A DNA stretch of 63,953 bases, the filler included, from Folioceros fuciformis (lineage: Eukaryota), in the NCBI GenBank assembly GCA_049999805.1. It is 11 parts of 11 records of this genome, joined end to end, with 100 filler letters (N's around TTAATTAATTAA, not from the genome) between each part and the next. Parts side by side here need not be neighbours in the genome. Positions count along the whole stretch, not along the records: positions 24,749 to 31,141 come from JBNGIO010001850.1; positions 31,242 to 37,619 come from JBNGIO010001851.1; 9 more parts are not named here. One strand, given 5' to 3'. Of this stretch, positions 24,749 through 34,902 are shown in pieces. Under the pieces are notes generated by a model, which saw only the letters and a list, made by a program, of their open reading frames with translations, made no database searches and had not been told where the DNA came from. The position numbers and the translations under genes were made by a program. How positions within the stretch are numbered: position 1 is the stretch's first letter; the number at the start of each line of letters is the position of its first letter.

Positions 24749-25872
24749 ACATATTCAACCACCATCTTCCTTGATTTCTCCTCAAGTGTCATGTGTGTCA
24801 AGAATGCGGCCACTTCTGAGATGACGTCATCCTTGGATCTTCCTACAAGTAAAATGCAAGGAAGCTCTGAGGAGAAGTTTGGCACGGTTTGATGGAGGTT
24901 GATAAATACTGTTCTTTCTGGCTCAGTTTCCAATGACTGTGAGCTCCGCTGCTTGATCACTCCTTCCAGGTGCGCAACCTTTGTGAACAACGCATTCAGA
25001 TCATGAGACAGATGTTTGGATCTGCAATTGATGTTGTCGACTTTGTTGCGGAGGCGCTCCTCCTGAACCTCACGAATCCGCCAAAAATCGCACAGTGTTG
25101 CGTGCGTGTGACGGCGCTCCTCAGCAAGCAAATTGTGGACAGTCTTCAACGCCGGCTCTATCTGACCAGGCGTGGTTCCAGGTGCGGTCGCAAATGGACG
25201 CAGGTGTGCACTTCTTCCACAAGTATTGCAAGAACTCACAGCTTGGTAGGTGCAGGGTGACGGATGTCCGCTACACTGTGCGACGTCCGCTACACTGGCT
25301 CTTTGTGGATTGAAGGTGCGCCTTGAGCGGCCATTACGAGGCATTGCTTAGAATAGCAGTCCAGTCATTCACCTATCTTGTGCAGGCCTATGGACTGACT
25401 CCTGTGTGCAGGGATACCCGGTTATCATCACCTGTTTCCTAGTGTACATGAGAACGCGAAGAAAGACGTGTAGAAGATCTGGTGTTCCTACACAAGCTTG
25501 TTTCCTACAGTGGATTGAGTCTTACACAAACAGTGAACTAGTTGCATACCATGCTAGAAGTGTACTGGGCTGATCATACTGTGCAGGACAGAGACTGAGG
25601 TGACGATCTAGCAATTTGCAGACGCAGGTTCAACAGGGTGGCTCAATGTTCCTTGGCGCCAGGTACGCAAATGCTACGCGTAGTAGATATTGCCGATCTC
25701 CGCGAAGAAGGCTTCCGCCATCACGTCAAACCGGGTGAGTGAGAGTCTGAGTGCATGAATTGCAGCTCGAAAAATTTTCATGTGTCAGAGTCTTAATGCA
25801 GGACTCGGATTTACAGATCTCACACACACTAGGAGGCGACATGACGGAGTCCATTGACGGGCTCTGATACCA
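24749..25872 (-). mobile_element. 5' internal region of a reverse-transcribing element: tRNA-Met(i) PBS, leader and first ORF (25344 to contig end)
   Basis: TGGTATCAGAGC at 25872-25861. Downstream ORF of ~200 aa with a coiled-coil segment and no recognisable domain. Confidence 0.65.
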
Positions 25873-26089
25873 TAACGTGAACGGGATCGATAGGGTAGGA
25901 AAGATGAGTAATGAATGAATTCTTAAAAATGTGTGAGTGTGTGAGGCCTTTATGGCCGTGTCCCGTGAACCTATACGACGGTTGACGGGTAATCGTTCTT
26001 TAGGGCACGGTTCGTGCCTGTTCGTATTCTATATGTATATTTAACTAAGGACTACGCTTAGCGCCGGGAAGCGGGATATATTAGGGCAA

Positions 26090-26645
26090 CCTTATTTCGT
26101 TAGTTCCCAATTGAATCCCTTAGGTGTTGGTGGCTAGTAGGCTGCTAGTGTTGGAAAAATCGTGGAGGAGGTGCTTCTACACCTTATTAGCCGAAGTATC
26201 GTAATTCAACTTCAGAAGCACTTCTAAGCGCATCTTACACCCCACCAATTTGGGATTGCTAGCCTCGATGGATGTGAATCTGCTGCTCTCGGCATCCAGA
26301 TGGCCTTCGAGTTACACCCTCACTAGGTAGCTTTGCAGGATGATATCGAGAATGCTTTCAACACCACCTGCCAGTGAGTCTTTCGTCCCTACGAGTGAGT
26401 CTTCAGTGTTCTTGTGGGACCTTCTCATTTTGTTTCTAGGTTTGTGGACGCAACGTTGGATGAAGATTTGGCTCATATCATGGACCTCTAGCAAATCGGT
26501 GACCCTGAAATTGTGTTTGGTATTCTTTTTTCTTATTTTGCGTGGCGACCAAGTTACCTCAATATAATTGTTGCACCTTCTCCAATTTTCTTATCAAGTC
26601 TCAAGAAGTTCCACAATTAAGTTATGTAGGCTGCTAGGGACATCA
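26090..26645 (+). mobile_element. Second fragment of the same CRE-like LINE family (RT region, internally deleted)
   Basis: PHQFGIASLDGCESAALGIQMAFELHPH*VALQDDIENAFNT. 26535-26645 is nucleotide-similar to 19515-19625. Confidence 0.75.
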
Positions 26646-28670
26646 AGGTCCCCGCACCATAGGGAGGATGAAAACGGGGTCAATCCTGTTCGCAACAACA
26701 ACAATCATAATAGTAGTTGTCAGAGTAACATACATATCAACACTTCCTATAGCAATAATCACAACAACACTTGCCATAGCAACAATCAAAGCAACACTTG
26801 CCATAGCAACAATCATACTAGTAGTTGCCATTGTGGCAACCTGAACATTATGGCAGCATTCAATAGGCTTTTGCATCTACAAGGTGATATGAGAGTTTTG
26901 CTTGGTGGGCGATTAAGAAGTTATAAGTGGTTGACTATGTGATGGACATACTATTTCTTGAGGATTCTTAAGGAGCATATGCCTAATTTGAGGCTAGAGC
27001 TTACTAGGAAGTATTGGAGTGTAAGAAGTGGAGTTATGGCTGCGAAGGGTGAGAATTGTGAAGGGATACATTTCCAGCTTGCACAACTACATTTGTAAAT
27101 TGATCATGACTGTAAAGCATAGAGCTGCAAGTGCTAACAGAAGGTCTTGAGTGGCAATTGCACTTATGTGTTAATCAGATGATTTGGGTTGGATCATGGA
27201 GGATGAATCGTGATGTGTTAATTCTTCAAGAAGGTGGAAATTGTAGCATGGCTAGGAGTATATGTGAAGGGACACTTTAGATGAGACTCATCCATTATTC
27301 ATAATTGAATGGTAGCTTGGATAAAGTCCTTTTGGAGGAGTAGGTTTAAACATGTGCATTGGTGGGGGGTAAGTAGAGCCATAGTAGTGGTAGGGGCCAT
27401 TAAGACAAGAAGTGATAAGAGGGTTAGGTAGCTAATAAGCGCAGTAGGTAAGCCTTAATGACTACCTACTTAATACTAAAAATTGGTTAGGAATTTGGCA
27501 CAACCAATAGTCATCTAGAGGAGGGTAAAGGCAAGAGCTCTCTATGACCTACAAAAAGGAGCATCTAAGAATGAGAAAGAATTGCATCTTCAAGCACTCT
27601 TTGCCCATGAGCCCTTTGCTAATTGTAAAATGTGTTTGTGCAGGCTTTAGGTTAACACAATGTAACTTTGGAAAGAAAGAAGTTGTAATGGTTGAAGTTC
27701 TGAATGGATATGAACCTACTTCTTGTAGGTGCCTCCACATATTGCTTCCCTTGTGAAAGATGAATCACTTTGCTTTGGGTGGGTGGCACTACTCAAGGAC
27801 TGTTAATAGCTTGAATGTATACTCCAGGAAAAGACTATGTGAAGGTTATCGTTGTGTGATGCAAACTATATAGCAATGGGCCTAAAGAAAAACTTATTGA
27901 TTTGGGTGGACCTTAAGGAAGTTGTGTCATAAGGGACTGCTTAAATAACTAAGCTTGAGAATGTTGTTAGAGCATGAGATAAGAATTGGAGAAGTTGAGA
28001 TGTTCAGGTTAAAGAATGTTGTCAAGTTGCTAAGAAGAGAAATGAAGAATAGGTAGTCAGTAGAAGGTCCAAGTCAGAAACTATAGGCGTAATCCTCAAC
28101 ATGAAGAAAAAAAGGAGGTTGGAAAGTGCTAGAGCATCAAGGTTTAAACAAAGCTTAAATAAAGTGGCAAAGCTGTCTAGTGGTGCAAGGGATCTTTATA
28201 TTCTACTAGCAAAACATGGTGGAGGAGTTATGCAAAGGGTGGTTAATTTGCAAAGAATGACTCGGAGCAATTGCTTAGAGCAATTCTTTTCTCAGGGTTC
28301 TATACTCTAAACCCAGAGTACTAAGTTAGAATGGAATACCTGTGGCTCCTCCACGGTGAGCTCAAGGATCCCTAAGTTAAAACCTTGGAGTTTGTCTTCC
28401 AAAAAAACAAAAACACTATGGTAGAAGCTTTTTAGTTGACAACTAAAATGAAGAAAAATTGATAATAAACACATCATGATACAATGTGTAATGACTTCTT
28501 TGTAGTCTCAAAGACATTACAAATACAACTAGAAACGCTTATACCATAGTTTGTATTGTTGATTCCCATGTCTTGGATGACCATTAGGACGTGTAAACTT
28601 TTGAATGCAATTCTATATGGATGTGCATTTATTTGTGGAATCCAATGCAACTATAGAATCTAGGGCAAGG

Positions 28671-29979
28671 ATGAGTGATTGCAAACTTATTCGAAGATCA
28701 ACTATGAAGCTTTATAAAAAAAGGATTCAATCTTCTAACCATTGGAGAGTATTTTTGTTGTCCATTTCAATCCTAATTCTAGCTTTCCCCATCATCTTGC
28801 ATACTTTTAGCTATGAATTTCAAGCCAATTATAAAGCTTCTCCAATCTATCTTAGATATGTAGGTTTTTTTAGGCCATTATGGGCAACTCCTCCTAAACC
28901 TTTTGAATACATTGTTCATTTCTATGGAGAAGATTTGAGTCGTGAGCAACTATGTCTCTTACATAATTGGAAACCTCGTAGCAAACCTCGAAGGGTTTTT
29001 GATGCTATTTTGTTTGGTAATGAAGTGGACATTCTTGAGATAAGATTACGAGAACTTCAAGATGAAGTGGACAAGTATTTTCCTTTCATGGTTGAAATGT
29101 TTGGTTGTGGCATTCATGCGGCTACTTTAATTGATGATCACCTTCCACTTTTATTTCGAAAGCCTTTCCTTACTTAAGGTAACTAAACATTAATAGTCTA
29201 TGTCATGCAGATTTATAATTATGGAATCCCATACAACTTTTACAGGAGTAGCTAAAAACTTATTTTTTGTGGACAATGAGGAGCGATATTCATTTGCAAA
29301 GAACCACATTATACACAACTCTACTTTAGGACACAAGCTAGGAAAACATGATCATGCTTTTTACCAAGAAGATGAACAAAGGGATGCAATAAATAACTTA
29401 TTGAAAGCACATGGGATTAAAGATGGGGATCTGTTGATAATGTCAGATGTAGATGAAATTCCTAGCAAACATACAATCAATTTGCTAAAATGGTGTGACG
29501 AAATCCCGTCCATCACGCACTTACAATTGAAAAATTATTTATACTCATTTGAATTCCTAATAGATAATGGAAGTTGGAAATCGTCTGTGCATATTTTTCA
29601 ATCTGGAGTTACGTCATATGGCTCACGTGAAAGACGAACTGATGTAATATTAGCCGATGCTGGTTGGCATTGCAGTTTCTGTTTTAGATATATAGAGGAT
29701 ATTCAATTTAAAGTTAAAGCTTACAGTCATGCAGATAGATTGAAGTATCATCCCCATGTGCTTGATTTGGCTCACATACAACAACATGTTTGCAATGGAG
29801 TTAACTTATTCCATAGCTTTCCTCAAGAGTATACTTATAGAGATTTGATAGGTAAAACGGGTCCTCCGAATCCATCATACTCAGCAGTAAATTTGCCTTC
29901 TTGGGTTGTGAAGAACCCAGACAAATATAAATTCCTTCTACCCAAAAATTGCATTCGCAACCAGCCTTCAATCTTGTAG
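28671..29979 (+). CDS. Glycosyltransferase family 17 (beta-1,4-N-acetylglucosaminyltransferase III-like), 2 exons, intron 29075-29210
   Basis: N-terminal TM, RPLWATPPKPF, RRVFDAILFGNEVDILEIRL, MSDVDEIPS, DAGWHCSFCFR, AYSHADR, KYKFLLPKNC. The GT..CAG intron restores VDK|FIIMES. Start could instead be 28605. Confidence 0.92.
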
Positions 29980-31241
29980 TCAATGATTTTCATTGGCTTT
30001 CTACTCAAAATAATGAATTGTTATCATAAATGTACTTGTAGAAGATAGAATTAGCTATTTTTTAACATGGTCATCAATATTGAAAAGAGTAAGTTATTGA
30101 AATTTTGGAGAACCAATTATTTCAAACAAAGAACAAGTATGTTATGGCTTGTACATTTTAAGTTTCTTAATATTAAAGGTTACCATAGATTATTTTTCTA
30201 TTATTGAAAAAGAGATGGAAAGTTCTATCTACTCCAAAGATCAAGAAATAGCCGAAGCAAGGCCAAAGACGAAAAGGGATCCTAGCCTCTTCAAAGAGTA
30301 AAGGTAAAGATCAAATCTATCAAAAGAATTAGACAAATGTGTTCATCAATCCATGTATTATATGTTTATTATGTAATATAAATATTCAATTGATTTCAAT
30401 CACATTTATTTTTCAAGTAGATAATTAATTTATGAACCATTAATTACTTTGCTTGATATATGTGTTACTTCTATAATGCAATCTAAACTTTTGGGTATAA
30501 CATTTCAAGATAAGAACCTTTGGCTTTGTATGATATGCCATTCAAAATGATTTTGACACCACATTATGAACTCATGTCGTTATAATATGTCTATGTTTTT
30601 GGCATAATGTTTTAGCAAACAAAAGCATCCCTAAGATATTTGAATATATTACAAGTAAAAAATATATTTCGACAAAGAATTCTCGTTATGCAATAACTGT
30701 TTTGTTCTTAACATTGTATGGCATTTCAAGAAATAACCTTCTTTATTTGTGTTTCCCTCAAAAAGTGTACAGAAAATTAGAGGACAACTTTAAGTGGATA
30801 GATATTTAAGACGGGGACAAAAGAAGGTCTCAATATACTTCCATTTGTGCAAATCATTGGTTTTGTTTACCTATTTTTTATTACAATATAATATTAATAT
30901 AACTATAAAATATGATACTATAATCTGAATGAAGTTTATGAAGTTTTAAGTTAATTAAAATAAAGTATTATTGTATGTTCTATAAATAATTTTAAATGTA
31001 CACAAACTTACAAGGATTAATGACTGCTGATGAGATCTACCTAACCGAACCCAAACCCAGGTAATAATTCCGTGTGGCAAGCCAAATGTGGCAAATGTTG
31101 CAGGCGTCTTCTCCACCTTCACCTTCTCCGTCCAGATGGACNNNNNNNNNNNNNNNNNNNNNNNNNNNNNNNNNNNNNNNNNNNNTTAATTAATTAANNN
31201 NNNNNNNNNNNNNNNNNNNNNNNNNNNNNNNNNNNNNNNNN

Positions 31242-31288
31242 AGAACAGATACTACACTTGATCTTAGCCAAAAGGCCGAGAAAGGTAT
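31242..31288 (-). ncRNA. U2: U2 spliceosomal snRNA, 5' 47 nt (cut by contig end)
   Basis: Reverse complement reads ATACCTTTCTCGGCCTTTTGGCTAAGATCAAGTGTAGTATCTGTTCT, the plant U2 5' end with the GTAGTA branch-site pairing sequence. Confidence 0.96.
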
Positions 31289-31310
31289 GAATTGCATAAA
31301 GGGACTGGGG

Positions 31311-31362
31311 GATATATGTTCCAATATCGTGACCTGGTTTCTTGCCTTTGCAATATGGGGTA
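31311..31362 (-). promoter_or_regulatory. Plant snRNA Pol II promoter: USE-like TACCCCATATTG (31362-31351) and TATA box (~31316)
   Basis: TATA at about -28. The USE lies 34 bp further upstream, the spacing expected for Pol II snRNA genes. Confidence 0.7.
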
Positions 31363-31944
31363 TACATTTTCTTGAACAGACTTCCTGTGAGTTTAAGTTG
31401 GGGGAGCGGAGCTTGGAACACCCCAGAATACTGAGCCGTGCAAACCCGCCGATAGATCCACAACGTTTGGATTCGTGATTCCGTTGCTTTAGCCGCCTTT
31501 TCTCGCTGACGCTGGCGGTCGGGTTGCCTCCCCCTAAACAGCCTTCCTCTTCACATTCCTTCCACATTTCTCTTCTCGCTGTTAGATGCGAGTGTGCTTG
31601 TGTGCATTCCCAACACAAGTGACATCCTAAGCAGGATCAAACCTTCTCTTTATTCCGGCGCAGGGAAGGTTCTGAGATGTCCGCTCTGCTTGTAGGGGAT
31701 GGGAAGGGAAGACGATTGTTGGCACGCCATGGTGAAGCGCAAACAATGAAGCTCATTAAGTGGAACAACGATCGAACACCAGCTCAGCCATCCAACATCC
31801 GAATCGAAGGATGAAAAGTATCTCGACATCAGAGTCATCAACCGAACCCCAGACTGAGTTGCTGCACGAGTAGGAGCGAATTAATTGAATTCTGCAGGGA
31901 CTTCCTAATTACAAAAGTTCTCCAACGTCGGAATTTCGGTCCTG

Positions 31945-34902
31945 TCAAGAGGTAAGGTGTGGCAAGTACAATTCGCGATTCACTTTAAAACAAAGCTGTT
32001 CCAAATTCTGCCTGCCTTCAATATTTTGATGCTTCTTGTAACCAACCAGAAAACTATGCACAAGTCCATCCATGTCTGTCCACCAGCTCTGGCCTGGGTG
32101 CTTCCACGCCCGAACTGTTATCCTCCTCGCCTGCAACTCCTGTGCCTGCACCCACAGCGCCGCACTGCTGTATATGTTGGACATCAACACATATGCCGTA
32201 GCATTTTTCTTGTCTAGCTTCACTGCTTCATGGAAAGCATGGCGTCCTAGCTCCACGTTGCTCCACTTCAGACAAGCACCCAACAGGGTGTGCCAAACTG
32301 CCGCATCAGGGGGCGCAGTCATTCTCTTCACTAAAGCTAGAGCCTCATCCAGTTGTCCAGCACGACCCAGGAGACTCACCATGCATGTGAGGTGATCCGT
32401 CGTTGGGGTGATGCCATACCGTCCACTCATAGCCTCAAAGTACTCGTGCCCCTTGTTCACTAGACCTGTATGACTGCAAACTGTTAGTACGGCAATGAAG
32501 GTGATGCCGTCTGGTTTTATGTCGTCTTCTGTCATTTTAAGAAACAAATCGAAGACCTCTTCACTGTCTCCTTGACGGCTGTATCCTCCAATCAGCGCAT
32601 TCCACGGGACAATGTCGCGCTTGGGCATTGTCCCGAACACCTCATGTGCATCAACCATGCTACCGCACTTTGCGTACATGTTGATCAAACTGCCGGTTAC
32701 AAGCATGTCAGTCTGAAGCCCTTGCTGTTTAATTTGTACATGAAGCTGGCTTCCCAGGTGCAAAGCTGCCACACTTGCACATGCTTGAAGGAGACACACA
32801 AACGTCACTGCATTGGGTGCAACAATCCCTTCCTCTTGCATGGCCCTGTAAAGACGGAGGGCGTCGTGCCCCATTCCCTGCTTGGAATATCCTGCTATCA
32901 TGGCACTCCAGGTGACCACATTCTTCTCACCAAGCTTGCCAAACACAGCCTGGGCATCCTCCAGGCTGCCGCACTCTGCATACATGTGTATCAGACTGTT
33001 GGCTACAAAGACATCAGCTTCAAGATTTTGCTTCCTGATTAGTGCATGAAGCTGTCTGCCCATGTACAGAGCCTGGGTGCCCACACTTGCACATGCCTGC
33101 AGGAGAGACACGATTGTCACAGAATCAGGCGCTGCTATGCCCTCTTGTTGCATAGACCTGTAAAGATCAAGGGCTTCCTGCCCCATGCCCTGCTGGGAGT
33201 ATCCTGCTATCATGGCACTCCATGTCATAGCATCCCTGTGAGGAAGTCCATTGAAGATGCCTCGGGCAGCCTCCGGGCTGCCACACTTCACGTACATGCT
33301 TATCAAACTGCTGGCTACGAACACGTCAGCTTGGAGCCCTCGTTCTGTTATCTGTCTGTGAAGCTGCTTCCCCTTCTCAAAAGCAGGCGTGCCCACACTT
33401 GCACATGCCTGCAGGAGGCACACAAATGTCACAGCATTTGGTGCAACAAAACCTTGTTCTTGCATAGCCGCATAGAGACGAAGGGCTTCCTGCCCCATGC
33501 CCTGCTGGGAATATCCTGCTATCATTGCACTCCACGTCACCACATCTTTCTGAGACAGTCCATCAAACACTCGTCGAGCATCATCCAGGCTGCCACACTT
33601 TGCATACATGTTTACCAGGCTCCCACCTACAAGCACTTCTGCCTGAAGTCCCCGTTCTCTAATCTCTGCATGAAGCTGCATCCCCTCCTCCAATGCCGAG
33701 TTGCCCAGACTTGCACATGCCTGCAAGAGGCACACAAACGTCACAGAAATCGGTGTAAAATTGCTGCCTTCTTGCATCACCCGGTAAAGCTGCAGGGCTT
33801 CCAGCCCCATACTCTGCTGGGCGTATCCTGCAATCATGGCATTCCATGTCACCACGTTTTTGTGCTCAAGTTCATCAAACACCTCCCGTGCAGTTTCTAG
33901 GCTGCCACACTTTGCATACATATTAACCAGGCTGCCACCTACCACCACGTCTGCCTGAAATCCTCGTTCTTTGATGTGCGTATGAAGCTGCTTCCCTTTC
34001 TCCAAAGCTGGTGCGCCCACACTTGCACACGCCTGCAGGAGGCACACAAATGTGACGGAATTGGGCGCAACGAGGCCTTCTTCTTGCATAGCCTTGTAAA
34101 GATGAAGGGCTTCCTGCCCCTTCCCCTGCTTGGAATATCCTGCTATCATGGCACTCCATGTAACCACATTCTTGTGAGGAAGCCGGTCGAACACTCTTTG
34201 AGCGTCGTCCAAGCTGCCGCACTTTGCATACATGTCCACCAAGCAACTACAAACAAACGCATCGCGCTCAACGCCACTGGCCAAGAGATCAGCATGCACC
34301 TGCTGCCCAGATTTGAGGTCTGCCCCCCTGGCACAAGCCTGCAAGGCAGCCACAAACACATGGCCATCGGGCTTCACACGTGACCCGAGCATCAGATGAT
34401 ACAATTGCATGGCCTGCTTCTCTTGTCCATGCTTGACAAGCGCAGAGATTATAGAGGACCACATGAAGGCATCCGGTTGAGGAACCACAGTAAACAAATC
34501 CAAGGCTTCTTGCAACTTGGCATGAGAAGCATACATTCGCAGAATGTGGTTGCACAGGAACGTGTCCGACTCATATCCCCTCTTGACGCTGAGAGCATGA
34601 ACTCGGCGACCCAGAGCCAGATCCTTTTTACTCATACATTCTCTCAGGACCTTGTAGAAAAGAGATCCGTCAAGCTGACAGCCAGTGCGCACCAGGCCTC
34701 CCAGGGCCTCGACGGCCTGAGTGAGGTGGCCAAGCTGACATAGCTTGCTCACGGTCTCACCCGTGACGCCTCCCCTTTCATATCCTGCAGCCCCACGGTC
34801 ACTGCGCTTGCTCCACAGCCGCACATCCACAGAATCCAGTTGCACATCCACCGACGCTATCATGCATCCATTGTTGAGCCAGAGGACATCCCTGGACTCC
34901 AT
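31945..34902 (-). CDS. PLS-class pentatricopeptide repeat protein with E/E+ extension, no DYW domain (organellar RNA editing specificity factor)
   Basis: Intronless 985-aa ORF with repeated SLVNMYAKCGSL..A..VF / VVTWSAMIAGY / PN.VTFVCLLQACAS triplets, an E domain (WHTLLGAC..AYVLMSNIY) and PGQSWWTD..VHSFLVG. Confidence 0.96.
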   Translation of the reverse strand: MESRDVLWLNNGCMIASVDVQLDSVDVRLWSKRSDRGAAGYERGGVTGETVSKLCQLGHLTQAVEALGGLVRTGCQLDGSLFYKVLRECMSKKDLALGRRVHALSVKRGYESDTFLCNHILRMYASHAKLQEALDLFTVVPQPDAFMWSSIISALVKHGQEKQAMQLYHLMLGSRVKPDGHVFVAALQACARGADLKSGQQVHADLLASGVERDAFVCSCLVDMYAKCGSLDDAQRVFDRLPHKNVVTWSAMIAGYSKQGKGQEALHLYKAMQEEGLVAPNSVTFVCLLQACASVGAPALEKGKQLHTHIKERGFQADVVVGGSLVNMYAKCGSLETAREVFDELEHKNVVTWNAMIAGYAQQSMGLEALQLYRVMQEGSNFTPISVTFVCLLQACASLGNSALEEGMQLHAEIRERGLQAEVLVGGSLVNMYAKCGSLDDARRVFDGLSQKDVVTWSAMIAGYSQQGMGQEALRLYAAMQEQGFVAPNAVTFVCLLQACASVGTPAFEKGKQLHRQITERGLQADVFVASSLISMYVKCGSPEAARGIFNGLPHRDAMTWSAMIAGYSQQGMGQEALDLYRSMQQEGIAAPDSVTIVSLLQACASVGTQALYMGRQLHALIRKQNLEADVFVANSLIHMYAECGSLEDAQAVFGKLGEKNVVTWSAMIAGYSKQGMGHDALRLYRAMQEEGIVAPNAVTFVCLLQACASVAALHLGSQLHVQIKQQGLQTDMLVTGSLINMYAKCGSMVDAHEVFGTMPKRDIVPWNALIGGYSRQGDSEEVFDLFLKMTEDDIKPDGITFIAVLTVCSHTGLVNKGHEYFEAMSGRYGITPTTDHLTCMVSLLGRAGQLDEALALVKRMTAPPDAAVWHTLLGACLKWSNVELGRHAFHEAVKLDKKNATAYVLMSNIYSSAALWVQAQELQARRITVRAWKHPGQSWWTDMDGLVHSFLVGYKKHQNIEGRQNLEQLCFKVNRELYLPHLTS

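Noticed and set aside
32072-34743. Several long plus-strand ORFs with repeats
   Set aside because: Antisense shadows of the PPR gene.
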